Positions 16,672 to 26,928 of a stretch of DNA of 64,000 nt are shown here, piece by piece. The DNA is from an uncultured Candidatus Saccharibacteria bacterium (GTDB taxonomy: Bacteria > Patescibacteriota > Minisyncoccia > Phycocordibacterales > UBA9973), in the NCBI GenBank assembly GCA_964362545.1, contig CAYIEM010000001.1:17424-81423 (forward strand). Direction: 5' to 3'. The notes under the pieces were generated by a model. The model was not told the origin of the DNA. It was given only the letters and a program-made list of their open reading frames with translations, and searched no databases. The translations under genes were made by a program, and so were the position numbers. How positions within the stretch are numbered: position 1 is the first letter of the stretch; every line of letters starts with the position of its first letter.

Positions 16672-18402
16672 ATGAAAAAAATTTTAATAGCAATCGCCCT
16701 ACTTTCCATAAGTCCGTATGCAAACGCGACTGACATTTCTTACACAATTATCGAAAATGTATCGAAAAAAAGTGCTTCAATTGTGGTCAATAATATTATA
16801 AAGAAAACAAATTACTTATGTAATCTTTCCACTTACAAATGCGAAAAAACTAGAGAACAAAATACAGAACGAATAGAAAACCCGCTGAAAAAAATAACCC
16901 TCTCTTTCTTGGAAGACAGGGATGAAAATTTGGCAAAAGCTGAGAAAAAGCAAAAAGATATTAAACCTCCTACTACAATACCTACGCCAAATCCGCAAAA
17001 AAGCTACGGAAAATTCACTATACCCAAAAAAGCAACTCACGTAACAATTTCGCCCGACAATAAGAAAATTGCTTATTTTCTTGAAGAAGGAGACATGGTG
17101 GTGACAGCTAGAAAATTCGTCATCAAACTTGATAACGGTAAAAAAATAGAGTATTCCGGTACAACTAATAATCTTGAATTATTAAGAAACTATGAAGAAC
17201 TTTTTGCATTCACTGAAGATAGTTCTAAACTTGTTTACCTAGATGACCGAGCTGGCTTTGCACAATTATACCTAGTAGATTTTAAACAAAAACCAAAAAA
17301 TCTATCAGGTAGACAAATTATAAAAAAACCATATACCGTCTACGATTTCGCGGTCAAAGAAGAAAAAGTCTACTATATCGCAAACCGACAAGAACCCAAC
17401 AAGTGGGATCTTTATTCTCTCGGACTTAATAATAACAAGTTAAACACCATAAGCGAAGATGTGATGTATACTAACAAACTCACATTCACTGGTGATAATC
17501 TGTTATTCACTGAAAATGAACGAGGTACTGGAGTACTAAAAAGTTTTAATATAAAAGAAAAGAAAATAAAAAATTTTATCGGCATAGAACAGGAAAAGGT
17601 GGAAATAGAAAAAATTATTCGTGAAAATATTTTCACAGAAAATCTAAAAGGTATTCTTTTGAAACCCGATAAAAATACAGATCAAAAGAAAACTATTATT
17701 TGGCTTCACGGCGGACCATATAGACAAGCAAGCCCTTTAAGACACTCATGGGGTAGCTATACAACTTATGATTGGATATTGGATGAAATTGTGTTAGCTG
17801 GTATCACCGTTCTGAAACTTGATTATCCCGGGAGTATGGGTTATGGCAAAGATTATAGTTTAAGCTTGGTAAATAATATCGGCGTAATTGACGTAAAAAA
17901 TGTTGAGGAAGCTATCGCTTATCTGAACAATTTGGGATTAAGAGAAATTTACCTTTTCGGCAATAGTTATGGTGGTTATTTAGCGCTGAAGGGTTTAACA
18001 AAACTCGACTCAAAACTTTCAGGTGCTTTAGCGGTAGCGCCAGTAACCGATTGGCAAAAACTGATAGAAAAAGTACATCCGACTCCATTTGAGGCATATT
18101 TAAGAGGAATTCCGAACGAAAAAAATCAGGATATACACGACCGATCAAGCGTAATCAATAATCTTGAAAAAATAAGCAAACCGATTGTGCTCTTCCACGG
18201 AGAACTTGATAACCAGGTTCCGTTCAGTCAGTCTGAATATTTATTCAAGGAAGCTAAAAGTGTCGGTAAGAACATCCAATACTACTCGATACTTGGAGAG
18301 AAACATGTGATAAGCGGAGTATCGCAAAACGAAGCGATATGTAAAAAAGTTGCTGATTTTATAGGAATTAAGTCAACTGAAAATATTTGTATTATGGAAT
18401 AA
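16672..18402 (+). CDS. Secreted S9-family serine peptidase (prolyl oligopeptidase/dipeptidyl peptidase fold) with N-terminal beta-propeller
   Basis: Signal peptide. C-terminal alpha/beta-hydrolase domain with nucleophile elbow GNSYGGYLA and LHGGPY. Confidence 0.7.
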   Translation: MKKILIAIALLSISPYANATDISYTIIENVSKKSASIVVNNIIKKTNYLCNLSTYKCEKTREQNTERIENPLKKITLSFLEDRDENLAKAEKKQKDIKPPTTIPTPNPQKSYGKFTIPKKATHVTISPDNKKIAYFLEEGDMVVTARKFVIKLDNGKKIEYSGTTNNLELLRNYEELFAFTEDSSKLVYLDDRAGFAQLYLVDFKQKPKNLSGRQIIKKPYTVYDFAVKEEKVYYIANRQEPNKWDLYSLGLNNNKLNTISEDVMYTNKLTFTGDNLLFTENERGTGVLKSFNIKEKKIKNFIGIEQEKVEIEKIIRENIFTENLKGILLKPDKNTDQKKTIIWLHGGPYRQASPLRHSWGSYTTYDWILDEIVLAGITVLKLDYPGSMGYGKDYSLSLVNNIGVIDVKNVEEAIAYLNNLGLREIYLFGNSYGGYLALKGLTKLDSKLSGALAVAPVTDWQKLIEKVHPTPFEAYLRGIPNEKNQDIHDRSSVINNLEKISKPIVLFHGELDNQVPFSQSEYLFKEAKSVGKNIQYYSILGEKHVISGVSQNEAICKKVADFIGIKSTENICIME

Positions 18403-18474
18403 AATGCAAAAAATTATAAATCGATGTTATAATCACTGGTATAAAACATATCGTATACTAAGAAAAAACTAGAA

Positions 18475-19266
18475 ATGAAAGAAGGGCTTAAATTCTACAA
18501 ATATCACGGCGCCGGGAATGATTTTATCATGATAGACAATCGTGGTGAATGTTTTGATGTTAAAGATGTGGAAAAAATAAAGTTTCTCTGCCACAGACGT
18601 TTTGGTATCGGCGCAGATGGAATGCAGATCGTGCAAAATCATCCAGATTATGATTTTGAAATGATATTTGTAAATTCAGACGGGAGTATGGGCTCGATGT
18701 GCGGCAACGGCGGGCGCTGTATTGTTCACTACGCGCACTACGTTCTTAAAATGATCAAAGACCCAAAGCATGTGAAGTTTCTCGCCCCAGACGGAGAACA
18801 TGAAGCAGAAATAAATGAAGAAATAATTAGGCTCAAAATGCGAGATATGGCTAACGTGACAGAGCGCAATGGTTTGCCTTTCGTCTATTGTGGTACTACC
18901 CCGCATAATATAAAGTTCGTGGAAAATCTAGAAAACTTCCCTGTATTTCCTGAAGGTAAAAAGCTAAGATATTCCGACCCGGATGGAGTCAATGCGAATT
19001 ATGTTGAAATAAAAAACGGCGTATTTAACGTTCGAACTTATGAACGTGGTGTGGAAGACGAAACGATGGCCTGCGGCACGGCTGCCACATCCGTAGCTAT
19101 CATTTCGCATAAACTTGGGATTTTGAAAGAAAATATTTGCCACATCAAAATGCCCGGTGGTAATCTCACAGTAGAATTTGAACCTTGCGTTAGGCAAGAC
19201 CTAACGACATACAAAAACATCTGGCTCACCGGTCCGGCCGTGTGCGTGTTTGAGGGAAAAATTTGA
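18475..19266 (+). CDS. dapF: Diaminopimelate epimerase
   Basis: YHGAGNDFIMIDN and MCGNGGRC catalytic Cys motifs. Confidence 0.85.
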   Translation: MKEGLKFYKYHGAGNDFIMIDNRGECFDVKDVEKIKFLCHRRFGIGADGMQIVQNHPDYDFEMIFVNSDGSMGSMCGNGGRCIVHYAHYVLKMIKDPKHVKFLAPDGEHEAEINEEIIRLKMRDMANVTERNGLPFVYCGTTPHNIKFVENLENFPVFPEGKKLRYSDPDGVNANYVEIKNGVFNVRTYERGVEDETMACGTAATSVAIISHKLGILKENICHIKMPGGNLTVEFEPCVRQDLTTYKNIWLTGPAVCVFEGKI

Positions 19267-19277
19267 CTTAGTGTCAA

Positions 19278-19305
19278 CTTAGTACTTCGACTACTAAGTA
19301 CTAAG
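19278..19305. terminator. Hairpin between convergent dapF and gap (CTTAGTACT-N10-AGTACTAAG)
   Basis: 9-bp perfect stem. No flanking U-tract, so terminator function is uncertain. Overlaps the gap stop codon. Confidence 0.3.
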
Positions 19306-20335
19306 TAGTTACATCTTGTCCAGTTTTTATAACATGATCCACGAGTGTGTAGGTATACCCCATCTCGTTGTCGTACCAAGCGAGAACTTTTACCAGATTA
19401 CCACCAACTACTCTGGTCATTTCGAGATCCGCAATAGATGCATGCCTGTCTCCAATAATGTCGGAAGAAACAAGCGGGTCTTCTGTAACATCAAATATTT
19501 CTTCCCAACGCGGATCCCTGGCAGCTTCTTTTAGGATCTCATTCACTTCTTCCCTTGTTGTGTTTCTCTTTGAAATAAAAGTAATGTCCACCATTGAACC
19601 GGTAATCATAGGAACTCGTAGAGAAATGCCGTCAAATAGTTGAGCAAGTTTAGGGAGCGCCTTTGTGACAGCAATGGCTGCGCCAGTAGAAGTGGGAACA
19701 ATGTTATGGCCACCCGCTCTTCCCTCTCTGACGTTATGTTTATTTATACTGTCGACAGTTGGCTGGCTGTTGGTAAGAGCATGAGTAGTATTGAGGAGCG
19801 CCTTCTCTATGCCTATTTTCTCATCAAGAATCGCCATCAACGGACTGCTTGCATTGGTAGTGCAAGAAGCGTTCGAAGTGATACTGCAACCAGCCAACTT
19901 GTCTTCATTTACACCCATGAGTATGGTGGCTCCCTGTAAACCCCCTGCGGGCTCATCTTTCATTGGAGCAGTCACTACCACCTTCTTCGCGCCCGCATCG
20001 AGATGAACCTTCGCGCCTGCATAGGTGACAAATATACCAGTCGCTTCCACAACCACATCTATGTCTAAATCTTTCCAAGGCAATTTAGCAGGATCTTTTT
20101 CTGCTATAAATTTAATTTTCTTGCCGTCTATTATTAAATACCCTTCTTCGTGTTTGATATCATTATGCTTCCATTTTCCATAAGCCGTATCGTATTTAAG
20201 TAGGTATGCCATGTTGGCGACATCGCCAAGATCGTTTATCGCTACTATCTCAATCTCAGACCTATCCCATGCAACTTTTAAGAAAGCTCTGCCTATTCTT
20301 CCGAAACCATTTATAGCAACTCGTGTTTTTTTCAT
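19301..20335 (-). CDS. gap: Glyceraldehyde-3-phosphate dehydrogenase (type I)
   Basis: Start at MKKTRVAINGFGRIGR (ATG verified at 20333-20335). SNASCTTN active-site motif. The 27 codons upstream in the track ORF are hydrophobic junk. Confidence 0.9.
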   Translation of the reverse strand: MKKTRVAINGFGRIGRAFLKVAWDRSEIEIVAINDLGDVANMAYLLKYDTAYGKWKHNDIKHEEGYLIIDGKKIKFIAEKDPAKLPWKDLDIDVVVEATGIFVTYAGAKVHLDAGAKKVVVTAPMKDEPAGGLQGATILMGVNEDKLAGCSITSNASCTTNASSPLMAILDEKIGIEKALLNTTHALTNSQPTVDSINKHNVREGRAGGHNIVPTSTGAAIAVTKALPKLAQLFDGISLRVPMITGSMVDITFISKRNTTREEVNEILKEAARDPRWEEIFDVTEDPLVSSDIIGDRHASIADLEMTRVVGGNLVKVLAWYDNEMGYTYTLVDHVIKTGQDVTT

Positions 20336-20356
20336 ATTTATAATATTATAACAGAG

Positions 20357-23300
20357 ATGACTGAAACACAACAAGAAAAAAAAGTGAACTTCGTACACCT
20401 TCATACCCACAGCCATTATTCCCTTTTAGACGGACTCTCTAAACTTCAGGACTTAGTCAGACTGGCTAAAGAACACAAAATGCCTTCTTTGGCTATCACC
20501 GACCATGGCAATATGTACGGCGCTATTGAATTTTATAAGCTCGCTAAAAAAGAAGGGGTCAAGCCAATCATCGGAGTGGAGGCATATATGACCGCCGGCT
20601 CTCGTAAAGACAGAACCACCGAGGCGGGAGGAAGCAAGCGCTACTACCACCTTACTTTGCTTGCGAAAAATTTAGAGGGATATAAAAATTTAATAAAACT
20701 TGTAACCTTGGCGAACCTCGAAGGATATTACTACAAACCAAGAATGGATAAAGAAATATTGCGAAGGTACAGCGGCGGTATTATAGCGCTGTCAGGATGT
20801 CTTGGAGGTGAACTTTCGCAGAGCGTGTTGAATAACAATGAAGCCAAAGCGGAGAAAATAATAGAAGAATATCAAGAAATTTTTGGCAAAGAAAATTATT
20901 TCATAGAAATACAATGCCATCCATCTGTGGAAAATGATAAGCGAGTACGCGACACATTAGTGGGACTCGCCAAGAAACACGACATTATGATCGTGGCTAC
21001 CCAAGACTCTCACTATCCGTGCGAGGGTGACCATGACGCGCACCATACCTTACTTCAGATAAATACTCAGGGTGACGGAAAGGAAGCTTCAAAGTTTGAA
21101 TTCTCGGATGACGACTTTTCCCTGATCAGTACAGAAAAGGCGCTTGAGGCTTTTAAAGATCATCCAGAAGCAGTCGCCAATACGGAAAAGATCGCCGATA
21201 TGTGCAATCTCGAATTAGAACTCAAAAAATGGGTGTTTCCCGATATCAAAATCGAGGAAGGAAAAACTTACGATGAAAAATTACGCGAGCTTGCTTATGC
21301 CGGTTTCGAAAATTTGCATATAGAAAAAACGCCCGAAATTACAAAGCGCGTGGAGTACGAACTTACAATTATTTTCAATAAAGGCTATTCGCCGTACTTT
21401 TTGGTGGTAAGTGACCTTTTGCGTCATGCCAAGGAAAACGGTATCCTGACCGCGATCAGAGGCTCGGTCGCCGGGTCAATGGTAACCTATCTCATCGGCA
21501 TCACCAACATAAACCCGATAGAATATAAAATACCTTTTGAAAGATTCTTGAATCCATATCGGCCTTCCGCGCCTGATATTGATATGGATTTTGCCGATGA
21601 CAGAAGAGATGAAATGATTGAGTACGTCAAAAGAAAATATGGTGAAGACAAGGTGGCGCAAGTCGGAACCTTCGGTACGATGATGGCACGTGGCTCAGTA
21701 AGAGATGTCTCTCGCGCGTTAGGATACCCTTACACTGTCGGCGACAGGCTGTCGAAAATGATTCCAATGGGTTCACAGGGCATGCCGATGACCATAGAAC
21801 ACGCGATGGAGATTATCCCGGAATTAAAAGACGCCTACAAAAATGAAAAAGATACCAAAAAAATAATCGACTTGGCAAAAAAACTGGAAGGGTGTGTAAG
21901 GCACATTTCAGTACACGCGGCCGGGGTCGTTATTTCTCCAACCCCGCTAACTGATTTCACACCTCTTCAATACGATCCAAAAGGCGAGAAAAAAATAATA
22001 ACTCAATACGATATGTATTCATTAGACCCAGATTATGGCGGGGGTGCAGGACTGTTAAAATTTGATTTTCTGGGTATTAGAAACTTAGCTATTTTGGCAG
22101 ATGCAGTAAATTTAGTTAAAAAATTCTACAATATAGACATAGACCTGGAACATATTCCCCTCGATGATAAAAAAACTTTCGCGTTACTCGCAAGCGGACA
22201 AACGGAGGGACTTTTCCAATTGAATGGCGCCGGCATGACTAGATACTTAAAAGAATTGAAGCCATCGTCTATTCATGACATAAATGCAATGGTCGCTCTA
22301 TATCGCCCGGGACCGATGGAATCAATTCCGGAATATATAAAACGCAAGCATAATCCGAAATTAGTAAAATATTTAGACCCAAGGATGAAAAAATTCTTGA
22401 GCGAATCGTATGGACTCATTGTCTACCAAGACGACCTGCTCTACTGCGTTCTTGAAATGGCAGGATACACATGGGAAGAAGCTGATAAATTCCGCAAGGC
22501 CGTCGGAAAGAAAATACCAGCTGAGATGGCAGCCCAATATAAGAAATTCACTAAAGGAATCGTAGCGAACGGACAAACTCCCGAATTCGCTGAAAAACTC
22601 TGGAAACTCTTCGAACCATTCCAAGCTTATGGTTTCAATAAAGCGCATGCGGCCTCTTACGGCAGAGTCGCTTATCAAACAGCTTATATGAAAGCAAATT
22701 ATCCTGTCGAATATATGGCTGCCATACTCACCGCCGAATCAGGCGACGTTGAAAAAATATCTGAAATAATCAACGAATGTAAAAACATGAATATCCCTGT
22801 CCTTCCTCCGAATATAAACGAAAGCTACGGGGGATTCACCTGCCTGGGAGACAAAGATGAAGCAATAGACACAAATAATAAAAGCAAAAAAATAAGATTC
22901 GGATTTTATACGATAAAAAATCTGGGAACTGATATCGGGGATGCTATCATTGCTGAAAGAAAGAAAAACGGAAAATTTAAATCCATTACGGATTTTCTGG
23001 ATAGAGTCAAGCATAAAAATTTAAACAAAAAATCCATGGAAGCATTGATCAAGTCTGGTAGCATGGATGAATGGGGCGATCGAGGAACCCTTCTTTTTAA
23101 TCTCGAAGAAATGCTTCTGTACAATAAGGAATCGTCGAATAAAAATGAAAATCAAACTTCTCTTTTCGGAGAATTGCCGGATTCGAGTGTTTCCATATTT
23201 CAAATGAAGAATTCCGCGCCGGCCACGGTAGCTGAAAAATTACTTTGGGAAAAAGAACTCTTGGGACTATACATTTCCGGCCATCCGCTAGACCGACTGC

Positions 23301-23605
23301 GCGAAAAATTAGAAAGTCGCGAAATGAATATTAAAAAAATAAAGGAAGAAGTGGGCAATGGCATACCCGTGACCATCGCCGGCATAATAGAGACAGCGAG
23401 AGTTATTATTACCAAAGGTAATGAACAAATGGCATTCCTGAAAATTACCGACCTCACCGGCACGATTGAGGCCGTAGTTTTCCCTAGCATTTTCAAGGAA
23501 TCTAGCGAAATTCTAGTACCTGAAAAATGCATCGCTCTTTCTGGCAAAATCTCCTTGCGCAATGGCGAAAAAAGTATCATAATAGAGGGATTAAAAGAGG
23601 TATAG
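20357..23605 (+). CDS. dnaE: DNA polymerase III alpha subunit
   Basis: 1082 aa. PHP domain HLHTHSHYSLLDG, polymerase core, C-terminal OB fold. Confidence 0.9.
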   Translation: MTETQQEKKVNFVHLHTHSHYSLLDGLSKLQDLVRLAKEHKMPSLAITDHGNMYGAIEFYKLAKKEGVKPIIGVEAYMTAGSRKDRTTEAGGSKRYYHLTLLAKNLEGYKNLIKLVTLANLEGYYYKPRMDKEILRRYSGGIIALSGCLGGELSQSVLNNNEAKAEKIIEEYQEIFGKENYFIEIQCHPSVENDKRVRDTLVGLAKKHDIMIVATQDSHYPCEGDHDAHHTLLQINTQGDGKEASKFEFSDDDFSLISTEKALEAFKDHPEAVANTEKIADMCNLELELKKWVFPDIKIEEGKTYDEKLRELAYAGFENLHIEKTPEITKRVEYELTIIFNKGYSPYFLVVSDLLRHAKENGILTAIRGSVAGSMVTYLIGITNINPIEYKIPFERFLNPYRPSAPDIDMDFADDRRDEMIEYVKRKYGEDKVAQVGTFGTMMARGSVRDVSRALGYPYTVGDRLSKMIPMGSQGMPMTIEHAMEIIPELKDAYKNEKDTKKIIDLAKKLEGCVRHISVHAAGVVISPTPLTDFTPLQYDPKGEKKIITQYDMYSLDPDYGGGAGLLKFDFLGIRNLAILADAVNLVKKFYNIDIDLEHIPLDDKKTFALLASGQTEGLFQLNGAGMTRYLKELKPSSIHDINAMVALYRPGPMESIPEYIKRKHNPKLVKYLDPRMKKFLSESYGLIVYQDDLLYCVLEMAGYTWEEADKFRKAVGKKIPAEMAAQYKKFTKGIVANGQTPEFAEKLWKLFEPFQAYGFNKAHAASYGRVAYQTAYMKANYPVEYMAAILTAESGDVEKISEIINECKNMNIPVLPPNINESYGGFTCLGDKDEAIDTNNKSKKIRFGFYTIKNLGTDIGDAIIAERKKNGKFKSITDFLDRVKHKNLNKKSMEALIKSGSMDEWGDRGTLLFNLEEMLLYNKESSNKNENQTSLFGELPDSSVSIFQMKNSAPATVAEKLLWEKELLGLYISGHPLDRLREKLESREMNIKKIKEEVGNGIPVTIAGIIETARVIITKGNEQMAFLKITDLTGTIEAVVFPSIFKESSEILVPEKCIALSGKISLRNGEKSIIIEGLKEV

Positions 23606-23614
23606 GTTAAAAAT

Positions 23615-23800
23615 ATGAAAGAAGATACCCCAAAAGAAAGAACCCGGAAAGAACTAGCGGAAAGTATACAACGAAAACGTGCATCAGGAGAATCTTTAGA
23701 TCTAGAAGAACAGGCCCTCGTTGAAGACGAACAAGAAGCGGATAGACGCGATTTAAACGACCCTTATCCTAGACACAAAAGAAAAAAGGAGTTTAGTTAA
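23615..23800 (+). CDS. Hypothetical 61-aa charged protein
   Basis: ORF immediately after dnaE with an AGG-rich stretch upstream. 3' end overlaps pth stop by 8 nt. No homology. Confidence 0.25.
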   Translation: MKEDTPKERTRKELAESIQRKRASGESLDLEEQALVEDEQEADRRDLNDPYPRHKRKKEFS

Positions 23801-24320
23801 ACAAACTCATCGCTTTGTCTTTGCCTTCAGTAAAAATAGTTTCTATAGCTTCGGCGACCTTTTTTGAAAGCTTTTTAAGAGTTTCGAGTTCGGGCTTTTT
23901 AAATTCACCCAACAGAAAATTCAGCACCGCTTTCTCCCCTTTTGGCTTTCGCAACTTGCCTCCCGGCGTTTCCGGAGATATACCTATCCTAATGCGCAAG
24001 AACTCTTCGGATTTTAGCGCCTTGATGATAGAACCGAGACCATTGTGTCCACCAGAGGAACGATTGAAAGAAATTTTTGTTTTGCCTAAAGGTAAATCAA
24101 TGTCGTCATAAATAACAACAAAATCTTTCAAATCTTTTTTGGATTTAACGAGTGGGGCGACTGCCTTACCGGAATTATTCATAAAGGTATCGGGGGTGAC
24201 AAATTTGACCTTGACGTTTTTTATCTTATCCTCAATCATACCGACTAAAATACGCCCAGTATTGTGTCTGGTATTTTTATATTCTTCGCCTGGATTGCCC
24301 AATCCCACTACTAGTTTCAT
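23793..24320 (-). CDS. pth: Peptidyl-tRNA hydrolase
   Basis: MKLVVGLGNPGEEYKNTRHNTG signature. Confidence 0.85.
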   Translation of the reverse strand: MKLVVGLGNPGEEYKNTRHNTGRILVGMIEDKIKNVKVKFVTPDTFMNNSGKAVAPLVKSKKDLKDFVVIYDDIDLPLGKTKISFNRSSGGHNGLGSIIKALKSEEFLRIRIGISPETPGGKLRKPKGEKAVLNFLLGEFKKPELETLKKLSKKVAEAIETIFTEGKDKAMSLFN

Positions 24321-24421
24321 TTTTACATCATAGCAAAAATCTGTAATTCTTAATTCTTAATTCTTAATTAGACAATGAGGTAATGCATTGTGTCAATATC
24401 TTTCTATGCTAGAATGTAACG

Positions 24422-25030
24422 ATGGAAGAAGAAATAAAACAAACGGACGGTACTTTAAGTGGAGCTACGGAAAATGTCGAAAAATCTGCCAAGCAGTCCT
24501 TTTGGGAAATTGTGCGTTTTGCGCTCCTGGCTATAGTCATAGTAGTCCCTATAAGGATGTTCATCGCGCAGCCCTTTGTGGTCTCCGGATCTTCTATGGT
24601 ACCAACGTTTGAAGACGGACAATATCTAATAATAGATGAAATATCATACAGACTAAACGACCCACAAAGAGAAGATGTTGTTGTCTTCCGATACCCAAAT
24701 GACACAAAAAAATTCTTCATTAAAAGAATTATTGGGTTGCCTGATGAAATTATTGATATAAAAGGTAGTTCTATTACCGTCACAAACAAAGAACATCCGA
24801 ATGGGCTGAAGCTGGAACAGCCTTATGTCAAAAATACTACAGAAAACAATATACACTTCGAATTAAAAAGTGATGAATATTTTGTGATGGGCGACAACAG
24901 GCCTGCCAGTTCAGATTCCAGATACTGGGGCGCAGTGCCAAGAAAACTTCTAGTTGGAAAGGCCTTTCTAAGACTATTGCCTGTAAACAGAATAAACTTA
25001 TTCCCTGGCAGTTATAAACAAGCAGAATAA
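24422..25030 (+). CDS. lepB: Signal peptidase I
   Basis: GSSMVPTF (catalytic Ser), KRIIGLPD (Lys), GDNRPASSDSRYWG boxes. Confidence 0.85.
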   Translation: MEEEIKQTDGTLSGATENVEKSAKQSFWEIVRFALLAIVIVVPIRMFIAQPFVVSGSSMVPTFEDGQYLIIDEISYRLNDPQREDVVVFRYPNDTKKFFIKRIIGLPDEIIDIKGSSITVTNKEHPNGLKLEQPYVKNTTENNIHFELKSDEYFVMGDNRPASSDSRYWGAVPRKLLVGKAFLRLLPVNRINLFPGSYKQAE

Positions 25031-25034
25031 AAAC

Positions 25035-26339
25035 ATGAAAAAAATAAAACAAAATGCAGCTAAAGTTAAAAACATTTCTTCGCCCAGAGGAATGCGAGAT
25101 TTGATGAACGAAGAATATTACAATTTTCAGGGATTCTTCGAAAAAGCGCAAGAAGTGGCAGTGTATTATGGTTTTAAACCAATTTCAACTCACATACTGG
25201 AAAATGAAGATATCTTTACCTCTAGTATAGGCGAAGGCACAGACATAGTGGACAAAGAAATGTACACATTAAAGACAAAAGGCGGAGACCATTTAGCACT
25301 ATCACCAGAACACACCGCGCCAGTAGTACGAGCCTACATAGAGCACGGAATGCAAAACATGCCCCAACCGGTAATGCTTTATCACTATGGCCCTGTCTTT
25401 AGACATGACAATCCTCAACGCGGACGCTATAGACAATTTTGGCAGTTTGATGCTGATGTGTTGGGAAGTGACAAAAGTATTATGGATGCAATGGTGATAA
25501 AAACTTGCATGAGCATACTCGAAGAAGCTGGTTCCGAAAATCTTTCCGTTGACATTAATTCAATCGGTGATAAGGAATGTAGAAACATTTACGTAAAAGA
25601 GCTCGCAAGTTATTACAGGAAACACATCAATGAATTAGCCCATATAGACCGCGAACGTCTTAAAACCAATCCTCTCCGGATTCTAGATTCGAAAGAAGAA
25701 AAAACACAGGAAATAAACGAGGGTGCACCTGAGGCCATAAGTTTCCTTTGCACTTCTTGCAAAAAACACTTCAAGGAAGTGTTGGAGTATCTGGAAGAGA
25801 TGAACATTGGATATAATATAAATAAAAATCTGGTAAGAGGACTTTCATATTACACCCGCACCGTCTTTGAAATATCAGAACAAGGAGGCGGAGACGACGG
25901 AAAACCTTTGGCGCTTGCGGGAGGCGGACGATACGATTATCTGGCACGTCAAATAGGCGGTAAAAAAGACGTGCCTGCGGTGGGCTTCTCTATCGGAGTA
26001 GACCGAATCATCGCATCTCCTTGGTATAAAAAAATCGCTCCTCGCATATTGAAAAAACCAAAAATTTATTTCATCCAGCTTGGCTCTGAAGCCAAATTAA
26101 AAAGTTTGAATATCATCGAAATCCTCCGCAAAGCGCATGTGCCCATCGCCCAATCGCTCTCCAAAGACAGTCTCGGCTCTCAGTTGGCCATCGCGGAAAA
26201 ACTGGGAGTCCCTTATGCTCTTATTTTCGGCGTGAAGGAAGCGCTGGAAGATTCAGTGATAGTCCGCGACATGTCCAATCGATCTCAGGAAACAGTGAAA
26301 TTGAAAAAACTTTTAGATTACCTGAAGGAAATTAAATAG
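25035..26339 (+). CDS. hisS: Histidyl-tRNA synthetase
   Basis: Class II motifs. LSYYTRTVFE, GGGRYDYLA, C-terminal anticodon-binding domain. Confidence 0.85.
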   Translation: MKKIKQNAAKVKNISSPRGMRDLMNEEYYNFQGFFEKAQEVAVYYGFKPISTHILENEDIFTSSIGEGTDIVDKEMYTLKTKGGDHLALSPEHTAPVVRAYIEHGMQNMPQPVMLYHYGPVFRHDNPQRGRYRQFWQFDADVLGSDKSIMDAMVIKTCMSILEEAGSENLSVDINSIGDKECRNIYVKELASYYRKHINELAHIDRERLKTNPLRILDSKEEKTQEINEGAPEAISFLCTSCKKHFKEVLEYLEEMNIGYNINKNLVRGLSYYTRTVFEISEQGGGDDGKPLALAGGGRYDYLARQIGGKKDVPAVGFSIGVDRIIASPWYKKIAPRILKKPKIYFIQLGSEAKLKSLNIIEILRKAHVPIAQSLSKDSLGSQLAIAEKLGVPYALIFGVKEALEDSVIVRDMSNRSQETVKLKKLLDYLKEIK

Positions 26340-26354
26340 ACGAACAAAACAAGA

Positions 26355-26915
26355 ATGACAAAGATAGTTCAAAAAGAAGATAACATCTTACGTCAGATCG
26401 CCAAAGAGATCCCCGTGAACAAAATAGCGACTCTTGGAACAAGAAGGGTCTTGAAAGAAATGTCCTTAGCGCTCAAAAGCCAGGACGATGGAGTAGCCAT
26501 AGCCGCGCCGCAAGTAGGATACTCCCTGTCTGTTTTTATTGTTTCCGGAAAAATATTTGACAAAGATTTTGTCACTAATCGAAAAGAGAGATTCTCTAGA
26601 GAGAAGGCTGTAGATGACGTTGAGAAAACAGAAGAAAAAACAAAAAATATTGTATTTATAAATCCGAAAATTTCAAAACTATCCAAAGAGAAATATTGGG
26701 TTCCGGAGGGGTGCCTGTCCGTCAGGTGGCTATATGGTAAAACTTATCGATCAAAAAAGGCGACAATCACAGCCTACGATGAAAACGGCAAGAAATTCCA
26801 GCGAGGCGCATCAGAATTACTTGCTCAGATTTTTCAGCACGAGACTGATCATCTAAAAGGGATACTCTTCACCGACCACGCCAAAGATATTAAGGAAGAA
26901 TTACCACAGAAATAA
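26355..26915 (+). CDS. def: Peptide deformylase
   Basis: GxGxAAxQ-like (VAIAAPQVG), EGCLS, HETDHLKG metal-binding motifs. Confidence 0.85.
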   Translation: MTKIVQKEDNILRQIAKEIPVNKIATLGTRRVLKEMSLALKSQDDGVAIAAPQVGYSLSVFIVSGKIFDKDFVTNRKERFSREKAVDDVEKTEEKTKNIVFINPKISKLSKEKYWVPEGCLSVRWLYGKTYRSKKATITAYDENGKKFQRGASELLAQIFQHETDHLKGILFTDHAKDIKEELPQK

Positions 26916-26928
26916 ATACTAAAAAAAT

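Noticed and set aside
20453-23580. Multiple minus-strand ORFs inside dnaE
   Set aside because: Antisense shadows of a well-supported 1082-aa polymerase gene.
24346-24366. Tandem TTCTTAA x3 upstream of pth
   Set aside because: A 21-nt AT-rich microsatellite-like run in a promoter region. Too short and simple to call a functional repeat.
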